A stretch of DNA of 64,000 nt, from positions 372,001-436,000 of the forward strand of contig OW569381.1 in assembly GCA_937625935.1 (NCBI GenBank), in the 5' to 3' direction. Made by a program: the position numbers and the translations under genes. Below the pieces are notes generated by a model. The model worked only from the letters and a program-made list of their open reading frames with translations. It searched no databases and was not told the DNA's origin. Below are positions 21,145-33,099 of this stretch, piece after piece. This DNA is from Tetramitus jugosus (Eukaryota; Protista; Heterolobosea). Within the stretch, counting starts at the first letter, position 1. Each line of letters begins with the position of its first letter.

Positions 21145-23670
21145 TTATTGTGCAGAAGCTACACCAGAGGTGGCAGCAGGTGCAGCTGGTGATGGTGTGA
21201 ATTGAATGTCCTCTGTTGGCTTTCTCTCCAATTTGCCACCCTTGAGCAGTAGTTGAACCTCTGATCCCGTCAATGTCTCGTACTCCATCAACGAGTCTGC
21301 AATGTGCTTCAATTGAACCTTGTTGGTCGTTAAATCCTTCATTGTTCTCTCATAGTTGTCTTGCAAAATTCTTCTCACTTCCAAATCGATTTCTCTCTTG
21401 GTCTCTGGACTGCAATTGTCTCTGTGTTCCTTGACTCTGAATGTGCCTAGACCCAAACTGCTCATACCATAGGCCTCTACCATGCTGCGAGCAATGTCTG
21501 TGGCTCTCTCTAGATCGTTGCTTGCACCAGATGTTACATTGTCCTTTCCAAAGACGAGTTCTTCAGCGACGACACCACCCAACAACACTGCAATCTTGGC
21601 TTCCATTTCAGCCTTTGTGATGGAAACAGTGTCCTTTCGCTTCAGACTTGCAGCAAAACCGAGAGCTTGACCCCGAGGAAGAACAGTGAGCTTGTGCAAT
21701 TCAGATTCCTTGTCTCTGAGCAGTGTCATGAGTGCGTGACCCGTCTCGTGAACTGCAGTCACATATCGATCCTTGGCATCGACGAGATTTCTTCTCTCGA
21801 GACCCATGAGAACACGATCAAATGCATGATCGAGATCAGCATTGGTCAATTGTTCGTGCTTGAGCTTACTGGCACGAATACTGGCCGTGTTGACAAGATT
21901 CTCCAACTCGGCTCCACTGAAACCAACTGTGCGCGATGCAACTCTCTGAATGTCCAAATCGGTCGACACTGGAATGTTGTTCAAGTACAGGTTCAAGATA
22001 TCGACTCTGCCGTGCATGTTGGGCAGTGGGACATGAATCTTCTTATCGAAACGACCTGGTCTAGTCATGGCAGGATCGAGCACCTCCAAGAAATTGGTTG
22101 CACCAATCACTATAATACCATCTGTTGTGTTAAATCCGTCCAACTCACTCAAAAACTGATTGATTGTCTGTCTGTGATAATTCTCTGATGATACACCTCT
22201 CTTGCCACCGAGTGCATCAATCTCATCAATGAAAATGATGGCAGGTGCGTGTTTCTTGGCTGCTTCAAACAGTGAAATGATACGCTTGGCACCCAATCCG
22301 ACCAACATTCCATCAAATTCAGCTCCCGAGGCATAAAAGAAGGGCACACCGGCCTCACCTGCAATCGCCTTTGCGATCAGAGTCTATACATGGTCACAAA
22401 TACATGAGTGAGTGAGTGAGTGTGGTTAGTTAGTATTGCATGATGATGTGAGAGAATGAAAAACGAAAAACAGCTGAAGTTCAATTGAGAATAGGACAAA
22501 ACAAACCTTTCCAGTACCCGGAGGTCCACTCAATAAAACACCGCGAGGTAATTTTCCACCGAGTCGGGCAAATTCCTGCGGATTTTTGAGGAATTCGACA
22601 ATTTCCATAACTTCGTCCTTGCATTCGTCAATGCCCTTGACATCATCAAACGTCTTCTTGGTGTTGACAATGGGTGTGAACTGTGGTGTGAGACCATTGA
22701 GCAATGTTGATGTGCCACCATCGGAGAATGGCTTGAACATTTTGAGCAGCACGTAAATGATGGCAATGATGAGCACTGTTTTTCCAATACTGGCTGCAAA
22801 GCCCTTGGATGGCATCATTCGACGGAAGAAGCCACTGTTGGCACCACTGCCACCCTCACCTTCACCATAATATCTCTGTTGTTGTTGTTGATTTGCAAAT
22901 GATGATGATGATGATTGTTGTGTGGATCGCAACAACTCTGCAAACAGTGCTTGATTGTTCAATAGAGCTTTGAGTGCTCTGTCTGATGTTTCATTGCTCA
23001 GTCCACTACTACTACCACTGCTACTACCACTACCGCCTGCTCGATGTTGTTGTTGACTGGTAAAGGTAGATGATGATGAAGGTCGATTGTATCGAGATGA
23101 AGAAGAAGCATTGTGATGTGGATCCAACATGTGTCTCGTTGCTCCCAAAACAGCCTATGATTATCATCATGATATTGATGATGACGATGAGTACAAAATG
23201 AAGAAAACACAATTGATTTGTTAATAAAAATTGCATCAAAAAAGAGTCCACACAATTCAAGTCGATCCTATCTAGATCTCTATCTCAATCTATATACATA
23301 CTTGAGCATACTCAAAATCAACTTGTCTGTTTCTGGCATATTGTTGACTGTCATATCTTCTAATGACTTCATCAAACTGACCTGTCTCATTCAATTTATG
23401 CATGTACAGTGCCTGTGCATCTGCATTGTTGGGATCTTCCTCTGCATGTGACTCTAGGCGATCGAGTTGAGCACTGCGATAGTATGCAAGCTTATTCGAT
23501 GATGTAGTTGAGAAGTGTCTCATGGCTGTGTTGTGATGTTGATTGATACATGACGGAGATCCAACATGGTGAAGGAGTGAAGAGAGAGCAGAAGTAAAGG
23601 CAGACTGATTGATTGAAAGTCTGTTGTGAGTGGAGCTGTTGATGGGTAGATGTTTGATAATTTTTTTCAT
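21145..23670 (-). CDS. YME1: Mitochondrial i-AAA protease YME1/FtsH4-like; exons 23670-23302, 23154-22507, 22383-21145
   Basis: GPPGTGK|TL Walker [10 protein letters not shown] Walker B, RPGRFD, HETGH zinc motif, GASNDL; both GT-AG introns restore the frame. Confidence 0.93.
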
Positions 23671-24389
23671 AGCTAATTTTTGTTGGGATGATGCGTGTTG
23701 TATTTGTGTATGTACAAGCGAAAGGAGTGAGTTAGTTTTTTTTGTGGTAGAGCTTTGTTGTTTGATTGTGTGCTGCGCTGTTGGAATTCGGATGAATAAT
23801 GCTTTGCGGATCAAAAAAGATTGTTCCTGGGCTTGAGGCACGTTGAATGAATACAAGCACGAGGTTCTTCCGATAATGGCGAGTTTGTTTGACCCATGGG
23901 AATCCACTCCTTCACAAAGTCACATTCCAAGTGAATCTAATGGATATTGTGATTCATGAACATTGGGCACCCTTCGAATACTCTCCTGCATCCTGTGAGG
24001 CAGCAAGAATCATTCGTTGAAGTGTTCATTTTGTAAAATTCCTAAAATAAATTTATTTCTCTGCGAATTTCCTGTAGTCTTGAACTTATTCTCACAAGAA
24101 AATACAAATCATACAAAACAGAAAAGTTTGAGTACCGAGAACGTAAGTGTTTCATGTCATGTGACATTTTTTCCTTTTGACAATGGTGAATAGCTCGTGC
24201 ATCGTTTGTGATGGACCGCTCTTCCCATTTACTTTTTTTCTCTCAGTCAACTGACCCTTTTTTTTCCCTCGCAAATCTCGTGATGATCACGACAATTTTT
24301 TTCCACTTTTTTTTTTCTGAAACAAACAAACACACATACACACGTACAGTACATCAACTACTACACGCACACACAAATACATACAAAAA

Positions 24390-26534
24390 ATGGGTAAAGG
24401 CAAAAAATCAAACACACAAAGCAACAACGACATAGACATAAGCTTTAGGAAGTTGGAAATTGAGAGTGCACTCTCTTCTTCTTCTTCTTCTCATTCTAGA
24501 CCAAATATTTCACAAAGAGATCTTGAAACCAAGGTGGCTCAACTCTATGGAGTATTCGATGGTAAAGTAGAAAGAGGTGACATCAAAAGAGTTCTAGAAG
24601 ATCATCAATATGATGATGACCTTGCTCTCAACTATCTATTGAGCCACGTGAATCAATGGAACGAAGTCAAGAAGAAGGTATGTTTTTTTTTCATTCAATC
24701 ATCCACATGTGTGATCAATGTACATTCTTTTTTTGTATGCAACATGAAGATTCTCACACGCGCATTCTCTTCCATACAGGACATGGCAAAGAAGTCAAAG
24801 AAAAGAACACCATCATCATCATCAGCAGCAGCAACTGCCACACCAAAAGACAACGTAAATACTGCCACCACTACCACTGGAACCACTTTTGTACGAAGTG
24901 GACCTAGAACTGGCAGAGGAGCTGCTCGTGCCTCTGGTGACTCTCGCAAGAGGAGAGAAACTGGAGAAGAGGGCGTCGTTGAGTCTACCACCACAAACGA
25001 AGTGGCACCACAAAAGACTACCACCACTACCACTACCACTCCTTCTGTTCCAACATTTGCAGACGCTGTCAACAACAACATAAACGAAAAAGTAGTTTCT
25101 AAAGACACTGACGAGTTCTTTGAAGTGGATCGATCAGGAGCAACATCTACCTCTAGCGAAAAAACCACTAGCAAGAATGCAGCCAAGAAACAAGCAAAGA
25201 AGGCTGCTCCATCGTCCTCTTCCACATCCGCCCCAACTCACGCTGAACAAAAGCCTGCAGTCACAACCTCTACCGCCACCAACGCCACTCCAGTCATGTC
25301 CTACAGCCAAGTAGCATCCATTGGTCAATCAACCGCACCAGCTGTCACTGCAACAAACGACAAGCAAACAAAGGAGAAGGCTAAGAAGGCAAAGAAGAAC
25401 AAGCAACTACAACAAGAGAAGCCAGCTTCATCCGAGAGTGTTGCATCTGCTGCTCCAGTCTCCAAGCCTGCATCTACCACAGCCACAGCCGCTACCACTA
25501 CTGCTCCAACCACCGCTGCTACTCCTGTAGTCTCCACTGTTACCACTAGTGCTCCGACTGTTTCTCAAACAGTTGAACAACCTGTTCCAGTCACATCTGT
25601 GCCTGTCGAAGTGACTCCAGTGATCAAGGAACAACAACCAGCTCCAGTTGTTGAAAGTGTTAAGCCAGCAGTCGTTCAAAGATCCACTGCTCCAGTCACC
25701 ACTGCTGCCGTTGTCGAACAACAACAACAACCTGTTCAGCAACAACAACAAACAAGACAAAGCGATATCATCTTCCCAAATACTACTTCCATGAAGTGGG
25801 AGAACAATCGCAGCATTAGTTTAAAGTTTGGCAACTTGGGTGATGATGAAGATGAGCCTTCTGCTCCTTCCATGAACCAGACTCAAGTGTCTGCACAAAG
25901 AGGTGTTCACCACTTCCATCAACACGGTTATCATCCAATGGACCAAAGTGCTTATGCTGGATGGGATGCACAACAGCAACAACAACACTACTCTCAACAT
26001 CAAGAACAACAGGATCAATATGACCAAAGTGCTCAAGATGCAAGCCAAAAGCAAGGACTCCAAAATGGACCACACCCAGGCTACTATCATCATCCAGGCT
26101 TCTACCCATACATGATGTACGGTCAACAATATCCATTCCCTCAATATGGTCAACATCCTCAAGCAAACAAGAATGTGTATGGAAACAGATACAATGCTGC
26201 TCAACAGGCACATGATGATAAGCAACCAACTGCTGCTCAACAACAACAAGGTGCTACTCAATATGGTGCTCAACATCCTCAGCCATATTACGGACACTAC
26301 TACTATCACGAACAACAGCAACAACAACAACAGGAAGTGACCAGAACTAGCCCACCTACAAGTGATGAGAGCCAACAACAGGGATTGCATCAAGCCTATC
26401 CATATCCATACTCTATTCCATACTACTATGGAATGTACCCTGCATCGGCTTACACCCAACAAACACACCAACAACAGGGTGCTTACCAACAATCTCAACA
26501 AGGCCGACAATCAGGCGATTCTTGGAACCAATAA
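24390..26534 (+). CDS. UBA/CUE-domain low-complexity protein (UBAP2/Lingerer/GIP1-like); in-frame intron 24678-24779
   Basis: Helical CUE-like domain ending LLSHVNQWNEVKKK; RGG-like segment; Thr/Ala-rich middle; LKFGNL motif; Q/Y/P prion-like C-terminus. Confidence 0.75.
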   Translation: MGKGKKSNTQSNNDIDISFRKLEIESALSSSSSSHSRPNISQRDLETKVAQLYGVFDGKVERGDIKRVLEDHQYDDDLALNYLLSHVNQWNEVKKKVCFFFIQSSTCVINVHSFFVCNMKILTRAFSSIQDMAKKSKKRTPSSSSAAATATPKDNVNTATTTTGTTFVRSGPRTGRGAARASGDSRKRRETGEEGVVESTTTNEVAPQKTTTTTTTTPSVPTFADAVNNNINEKVVSKDTDEFFEVDRSGATSTSSEKTTSKNAAKKQAKKAAPSSSSTSAPTHAEQKPAVTTSTATNATPVMSYSQVASIGQSTAPAVTATNDKQTKEKAKKAKKNKQLQQEKPASSESVASAAPVSKPASTTATAATTTAPTTAATPVVSTVTTSAPTVSQTVEQPVPVTSVPVEVTPVIKEQQPAPVVESVKPAVVQRSTAPVTTAAVVEQQQQPVQQQQQTRQSDIIFPNTTSMKWENNRSISLKFGNLGDDEDEPSAPSMNQTQVSAQRGVHHFHQHGYHPMDQSAYAGWDAQQQQQHYSQHQEQQDQYDQSAQDASQKQGLQNGPHPGYYHHPGFYPYMMYGQQYPFPQYGQHPQANKNVYGNRYNAAQQAHDDKQPTAAQQQQGATQYGAQHPQPYYGHYYYHEQQQQQQQEVTRTSPPTSDESQQQGLHQAYPYPYSIPYYYGMYPASAYTQQTHQQQGAYQQSQQGRQSGDSWNQ

Positions 26535-26603
26535 GTCTCTTTGTTGTACAATAAATTGTTGAACACAAATCAACATAAACTTTGATGTCTTCACTACTTT
26601 TTA

Positions 26604-28715
26604 TTACTGCCCTGCGAGATGCAGCTCTATTGCATCTTGAAATGTTCGGTAGAGGTTTACATGCCTCTTTTTGTCAGTCTTTCGCCAGCTATTTGCTTCC
26701 AGCGGGCGAGCAGAGTTCATGTCTCTGCAGTCAACAAAGGTAAAGGAGCTCGAATTTTCATCTTCTCCCTTGCTAATGCGCCAGACACTAAAGAGTTTGC
26801 CTTGTTGTCTTTCCAGCAACCTTCTTGATTTGGTTGACTGGATTGAGTTTCCTAAACTTGGCTTACTTATGATGAAGTATTGCTCTGTTTCTTGGTCGTA
26901 AATACAAGATGTCACGAACACAAAATCTCTGGCTCCCCAAAGAGATGATTGACTCATGTGAATAATGGTCGAAGGATACACAACTAAAGAGTCATCGTCC
27001 ACACTGTCGCTCGACGGAGATGACTCCTCACTATTGGTTCTGGTGGAGATAGATTCTGACTTGTGAAGTAGTTGACGATAGGTCAGTGTGCTTACAACTT
27101 TCTCCGGAGGAAATGATATTTCTCCCTCTGTTCGATACATTTTCTTCGTCGATCCTGTTGTCACACCATCAGAGAATCGACACACCTGCTTACTTTGAAA
27201 GCTTTTCGACTTACTCGTACTTGATATTTGTCTCCAGTCGGTCAGAGACATGACAGACTTGGCAAATGTAAAATCTTCTTCCGTTATTCTTACTTCTTTG
27301 GGACTCCAACGTACTATTATGTCCTCTTCTTGACGAGGTGTCAATGATTCAGAACTCTTGGAAGCTTGGGGAGTATTAGCAGTGTTAGTGATTGAATCTA
27401 CTGTCGAATATCCGAGTTCTACCCACATTTCCAAAGCAGTCTGGTTATGATTGTTCTTCACATCTGCTCGGACATCTGTGTCCAATAGAAATAACAATGA
27501 TAATTCTTGTTGCTTCAACGAGAGGGCTAGATGGAGTGGTGTATTTCCGTGGCGATTTCGTACATTCGAGTTAATTCCGAGTGAACCAATAAACAATTTG
27601 ACCATATCAAATTTCTTATTGAGAACAGCAATATGGAGAGGAGTGTTTCCTTGTATATCATCCGGTTCGTTCAGCAATGTTGATAGGTTAGAGTCTGAAA
27701 GATAAGACACCACAATAGCAAGTGACTTCAGATTACCACACTCGGCTATTCTGTGAACAATGTTTTGTCCATCATGGTCGGATGCCATAAGCCACTTTGT
27801 GAGGGATTGTTGTTTCACTTGTTTCATTAGTGAAAGCATGTATGCTAGCTTTTCTGACTGATCGGTACAACAGAAGATTGGAGGCTCATCGTGTCTGTTC
27901 TTGGGATTTAGAATGATTTTGTCTTTGGCTTCTTGAAGGAATTGGACAAGAGCTTTGAAATCTCCTTTGCTTGTTAAATGATGAAGAACAGTGTTTCCCA
28001 TTCTTCCAGATAAATTTACATCGGCACCTGCCAACACGAGTAGTGAAACAATGTCCATTGATCCTCGTCTTGCAGCCAACAAGAGAGGGAAATTTTCGTG
28101 ATCATCCTTCAGATTGACCGAAGCTCCGTGGTGTAATAGTGTCAAACAAGCTTTCGTATTACCGTTCAAACATGCATAGAACAGAGGGGAGCTTCGCGAC
28201 TTATCTAGTGTATCTACATTCATATTACAATTCTCAATCAAGTACGATATCATTTCTTCGCAGTCGGGTCTTCGGGCCAAAAGGTGCAACGGAGAACATT
28301 TCATCGTGGAAAGCACCACCTTGTTCACATCGATCGTAAAATCGTTCAGGAAACGAATCATATCTGATAGGGTACTTTCATTGACAATCGATTCAAAAAT
28401 TTCATTCGCAGGTGTACCAAACTCTTGAGAAAAGACACTTGACTTGCGAGAGCGTTGTGGTTCTCTCGATTCAGGTGACACAACCTCTAATGGAGACCAA
28501 ATATCTGTTGACTGACTTTGTGTTGATGGACCTGCTGTGTATTCTATATTGCTGCAGGATAGATAGAGAGACGGTATGGATTGGTGAATGGGATAGGAAG
28601 AGGACATTTTGATCGTTTCTCTGTCGTATAGTGGTTGGGCGACTCTACCAAACTCCATGGGTCGAAGAGTATCTTCTATGACTTGCTTTAGAGCTTCACG
28701 AATCGTGGTTTTCAT
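26604..28715 (-). CDS. Ankyrin-repeat protein with a C-terminal START-like domain
   Basis: Multiple ankyrin motifs (SPLHLLA, SPLFYAC, GNTPLHIAV, GNTPLHLAL); START-like W...ARDFVFV...YFIISK. Confidence 0.85.
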   Translation of the reverse strand: MKTTIREALKQVIEDTLRPMEFGRVAQPLYDRETIKMSSSYPIHQSIPSLYLSCSNIEYTAGPSTQSQSTDIWSPLEVVSPESREPQRSRKSSVFSQEFGTPANEIFESIVNESTLSDMIRFLNDFTIDVNKVVLSTMKCSPLHLLARRPDCEEMISYLIENCNMNVDTLDKSRSSPLFYACLNGNTKACLTLLHHGASVNLKDDHENFPLLLAARRGSMDIVSLLVLAGADVNLSGRMGNTVLHHLTSKGDFKALVQFLQEAKDKIILNPKNRHDEPPIFCCTDQSEKLAYMLSLMKQVKQQSLTKWLMASDHDGQNIVHRIAECGNLKSLAIVVSYLSDSNLSTLLNEPDDIQGNTPLHIAVLNKKFDMVKLFIGSLGINSNVRNRHGNTPLHLALSLKQQELSLLFLLDTDVRADVKNNHNQTALEMWVELGYSTVDSITNTANTPQASKSSESLTPRQEEDIIVRWSPKEVRITEEDFTFAKSVMSLTDWRQISSTSKSKSFQSKQVCRFSDGVTTGSTKKMYRTEGEISFPPEKVVSTLTYRQLLHKSESISTRTNSEESSPSSDSVDDDSLVVYPSTIIHMSQSSLWGARDFVFVTSCIYDQETEQYFIISKPSLGNSIQSTKSRRLLERQQGKLFSVWRISKGEDENSSSFTFVDCRDMNSARPLEANSWRKTDKKRHVNLYRTFQDAIELHLAGQ

Positions 28716-29111
28716 GGAAAGGTTCAGTATAAGAGTAACAGGATTTCAATTGTTTGTTTTTGTTTCTGTTGTTTTGTTGATGTGACTTTCAATGAAGAGG
28801 TCATCTATGCCTTAGCTGCCAATGATCATTTGTGGATTCAACACAAGATGAAGATTCGTGGGTGATAGGTTGTTGCGAATGGTTAATTTTAGGGTCAAAG
28901 GTTTTCCTCACCTGGATGATGGAGAGATATCTTCCTCGAAATTAGACCACTTTTTCCTCCTTCAATGTTCCAAACCTGTCACCGGAGTTCCACCTTTGAA
29001 AAATAGGAAATTTACACATCAACACACCTGCAGAGTCACAAACACGGATTATTCACAGGTGATTGCTTAGATTTCATCTGTCACCCAATAGAAGAGAATA
29101 ATAACACCTTT

Positions 29112-31187
29112 TTAATCTTCTAGTTTTTGAACTTTGCCTCCTCTGCCTCTTGCAGGAGGTCCTCCCTTTCTCATATTATTGACCTTCTTTCCAATGAAAT
29201 CATTATCTACATCTAACTCCTTCTTCAATTTATCAAATGCCTCAATGACCTTACTTTCATCAGCATCATCAGCATCATCTATTTTGTTGATCATGTCTGA
29301 TACTTCATCATTTTCGAGCTTGGTCTTCTGAGTGGCTCTTCTTGGTCTTGAAGAGGAAACAGCTGACTTTACAGGTTGTGATTCTTCGCTGTCAAGTTTG
29401 GCAGCAGCACGTCGAGGAGGTCCAGTTGATTGAGGTTTAACTGGTGCAGGCGCAGGTGCTTCATCTTCATCATCACTATCTCCTGCTAGCTTCGTAGATT
29501 TCTTCACTGGTCTCTTTGAAATCTTTGGCCTTGGAGCACTGATTGATGCGAGCTCGCTCTCATCGTCAGAGTCAGCAAGCGTAGTCTTCTTTGAACGACC
29601 TGACTTGGTGAGAGCTTGTTGAGAAGATGTTGTCTTGGGTTGATCCAATTCAAATGTAAGCTCTTCTGGTTCAAGTTCTTCTGGCTCCAATTCAGTTTCT
29701 TCGTCCTCTGTTGATTGATTCTCTCCGCGACCTGAACCTCCTGCAATAATGGTCAATAGCTTCTTCAAGCCTCCCAACTTTTTGATCAACATCTTATTCT
29801 TGTTATCAGCACTGAGATTCCACAGAGCACCAGCAATGTTCTCCTTTGCCTCTTGACATACGTCCTCCTTGTCCAACAATTGCACAAGCAATTGTATTCC
29901 ACCATTTTCTCTGAGAGTTGTTTGGACCTTCTTGCTCAATGAGAGATTCAAGAGAGCACCGGCCGCCTTCTCCAACAACTCATCATGATTATAGCTCTGC
30001 ATCACGTGCAACAAATTGTCGATTCCACCACCTTCAAGAACTTCGACCTTGGCTTCCTCTGGATATGACAGAACAGCAATAGCTGATGCCACATTCACCA
30101 ACATATCCACACTCTCGTCCACAGTCAACAAAGGAATCAACTTTTCAAATGCACCCATTTGTCTAAACATGGCAGCACTGTCCGTGTCAATCGACTGTGC
30201 ATAAATTGCACCAGTCACCTTCTCCAATGCATCCACCATGCCACAATCCAACAGTGCAAACAACGGTTCAAGTGCACCACTCTCCCGAATCACATTTCTG
30301 TTCTCTTCATTGTTAGCCAGATTCCACAATGCCATGGCCACATTGGTCTGCAACTCCAACTCGTCCTGATAGCCCAACAATTGAATAATGCGCTCCAGTC
30401 CTCCCATCTCTCCAATCATTTGTCCAATTTCGTCCAGTGCAGCAATACCGGCAATCACAACGCACGCATTGGCAATCACTTCGGAATAACCACAGTCGAA
30501 CAAGGAGAAAATTTTTTCGACAATGGATCGATCGTTGAAGAATGGTTTGCTATCGTCTGATACGGCCATATTCCACAGGCATCCACTACCTCTTTGCATC
30601 ACTTCAGGGTCCACTCCCTCTTCAGTGATCAAATGAGTCACCAGTTTGACAGCATTGAGCTTTGTGGCCAGTTCAATGGCACATGATTCATCAGAACTGA
30701 TGGCAGCCAACGCACCCATCGTGTATTGCAACGTTGTCGTATCATTCTTGATGAGAGCTTTTTGAAGGAGTTGAACAAGTCGTTGCAATCCATCACTCTC
30801 AATGACCTTGGGAGCTACTGATGGTTCAGCAGCCAAATTATTGAGCGCACCAGCTGCGTACTGTGCCACATTGTCATTCGCATGACTCAACAATTTACAA
30901 ATGGCGGGAACAGCGTCGGGGAATTGTGAAATTTGGGCGCGATTCGCATCGGTTGTCGAACAGTTGAGCAAAGCACCACAGGCTCTCAACACGAGATTAT
31001 CAGGATACTTTTCAGAATCCAAATACTGTACAAACACTTGCAGTCCACCATACTCACTGATCCACTCTTGTTTCTCAGGGTCAGAGCTATGATTGAGAAG
31101 AGAGCCAATGAGACGAGATTTGGTGTCGTTGGAGGCAGTTGGTGCTTGAACGGCCTCGATTAAACTCTTGATTTCGGAGGCTGACAT
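29112..31187 (-). CDS. Armadillo-repeat protein with an acidic/basic disordered tail
   Basis: About 11 ARM repeats (GGL..LV.LL...AAGALWNL). Confidence 0.88.
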   Translation of the reverse strand: MSASEIKSLIEAVQAPTASNDTKSRLIGSLLNHSSDPEKQEWISEYGGLQVFVQYLDSEKYPDNLVLRACGALLNCSTTDANRAQISQFPDAVPAICKLLSHANDNVAQYAAGALNNLAAEPSVAPKVIESDGLQRLVQLLQKALIKNDTTTLQYTMGALAAISSDESCAIELATKLNAVKLVTHLITEEGVDPEVMQRGSGCLWNMAVSDDSKPFFNDRSIVEKIFSLFDCGYSEVIANACVVIAGIAALDEIGQMIGEMGGLERIIQLLGYQDELELQTNVAMALWNLANNEENRNVIRESGALEPLFALLDCGMVDALEKVTGAIYAQSIDTDSAAMFRQMGAFEKLIPLLTVDESVDMLVNVASAIAVLSYPEEAKVEVLEGGGIDNLLHVMQSYNHDELLEKAAGALLNLSLSKKVQTTLRENGGIQLLVQLLDKEDVCQEAKENIAGALWNLSADNKNKMLIKKLGGLKKLLTIIAGGSGRGENQSTEDEETELEPEELEPEELTFELDQPKTTSSQQALTKSGRSKKTTLADSDDESELASISAPRPKISKRPVKKSTKLAGDSDDEDEAPAPAPVKPQSTGPPRRAAAKLDSEESQPVKSAVSSSRPRRATQKTKLENDEVSDMINKIDDADDADESKVIEAFDKLKKELDVDNDFIGKKVNNMRKGGPPARGRGGKVQKLED

Positions 31188-31498
31188 TGTTATGATGTTT
31201 TTTTATGTGTTTTTGGTTTATTGTTGTGTTGGTGTCTGATGGTTTCTGACATTTGACAAGGAGGAGTAATGTCGCACTGTTTGATGTCGATTAGGAAACT
31301 GTAGAGTCGAGAAGGAACCGCTCTGGTGGCTTTGGACTTTGTTGTCACCTTTGTGACGTCAATCTCCATGCCACCTGTATCTTACTGGTGAACGTTCACA
31401 GATTTTTGTTCTCCAGAACTGAACCCTCGGAACTGGCTACGAGGATAAAAAGGTGGCGCGACCTGATGTTCTCGGCCACCAAACAAGAACAAAACACA

Positions 31499-32416
31499 AT
31501 GGACAATACTGAATCTCAAACAGCAGATATACTTGCCAAGAAGGCGGATCATATTCTAAGTAAACTCCTCTACTGGGGAGACAGAAATCAAGATGCTGTT
31601 GAACTGTATGAAAGAGCAGCAAACATGTACAGAATGGACAAACAATGGGTTGAATCCGCTTTGTGTTTTGAAAAATGTGCACAGTGTTATGACACTATGA
31701 AGGAGGGCCTGTTAAAATCTGAGGCTTGCAAATCTGCAGCTCTATGTTACCTTCGAACGAAATCCCACTCGGACACTGCTCTCAATCTCATGCAGGAAGC
31801 TCTCAAAATTCATTTGGAGAGAGGTGCTTTTGATTCTGCTGGTCGAATGGCAGAACAAATTGCTGAAACGATTAAAAATGAATTGGGGAACCAAAAGGAT
31901 TCAATTGCAATGTATCAAAAGGCTCTGGATTGCTATGACGCACAGAATATGGTACCGTTGGTTATCAAGATACAGACCAAGATGGCTCACATGTATGCCT
32001 CGATAGATCAATTCAATGACGCACTTCAACTCTTTGAAACATTGGGAGAGACAGATAGTCTGAACAAGTATCGGTCCAAGGATTACTTCATGAAGGCAGT
32101 GTTATGTCAATTCGCTCAACTCAAACCTGCTGATTTTATGGATGAAGAGTTGGAGAGAATTCAAAAGAAGCTCCTGTACTACTTGGACACAAGTTTGTAC
32201 TTTAATGGTTCTTTCCAGCATACCCTCGTATCAGAGATCCTGACTAGCTTCCAGAAGAGAGATTCCAAAGTGTTTACTGAAGCTGTTACTAAATGCGACA
32301 GAACTCAAAAATTCGATGATTGGATGGTTCAAATTCTTGTCACAGTCAAGAAAGTGCTGTTGGCTATGGAAGAAGGAGAGATGTTAGGATATGATGATTT
32401 CGTTGATCTAACCTAG
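31499..32416 (+). CDS. Alpha-SNAP / Sec17-like NSF attachment protein
   Basis: DAVELYERAANMYRMDKQW, AGRMAEQIAE, YRSKDYFMKAVLC, KFDDWM, C-terminal DL; ATG at 31499. Confidence 0.85.
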   Translation: MDNTESQTADILAKKADHILSKLLYWGDRNQDAVELYERAANMYRMDKQWVESALCFEKCAQCYDTMKEGLLKSEACKSAALCYLRTKSHSDTALNLMQEALKIHLERGAFDSAGRMAEQIAETIKNELGNQKDSIAMYQKALDCYDAQNMVPLVIKIQTKMAHMYASIDQFNDALQLFETLGETDSLNKYRSKDYFMKAVLCQFAQLKPADFMDEELERIQKKLLYYLDTSLYFNGSFQHTLVSEILTSFQKRDSKVFTEAVTKCDRTQKFDDWMVQILVTVKKVLLAMEEGEMLGYDDFVDLT

Positions 32417-33099
32417 TTGTATATCAAGACCAGTGTGCAGTACAAACGAGCACATTTTCACTTAAGGTGACCGTTCAATTGGCAAGAAATCGAAAAATAC
32501 AATGAACCGCAACCTTAAGACAATGATTTACTTCCAAGAGATAAAAGTATGAACTAACGCTGTTGTATTTTAGTTCGTTGAAATCCTCTTCGTTTTTTGT
32601 GTGTACAAAATGGCTTGATCAGGTTTTCATTCGATGGGCCCCAAAATGAAAAGACAAGATTTCAGGTGCGTGTTATGATGCCAAACTTGTCCAAACTATC
32701 TATCTCCCTTGGAAATCGATAATACTCACACTCAATATGAGTTGTTGCAACCAAATCATTGATAGTGCATTTCTTCATTTGGTTGGCATTCACACACTCG
32801 ACTTCTCTTGATTGAAACTTGATAGCACCCATTCCTATCGAGTGCTATGAGAGAACTTCAACAACGAGAAAACGTGAAATAGAAGCAAGCATTTTGACTG
32901 TCATGTCACATTCTTGGTAGCATCAAATGGTTTGTTCAACAGTAGAATATTCCTTCTCAACCGGAGACGCCACAGTTTGTTCAGTTGGACTCTGGTGAAT
33001 TCAAAGACAAGTTCTTCACAGATTGACAGCCAAAATGATTTTTATTCTTGGATGAATTTCTTGTGGAGTTTCGAAGTATTTGACTCATGGTTCGTTGGT

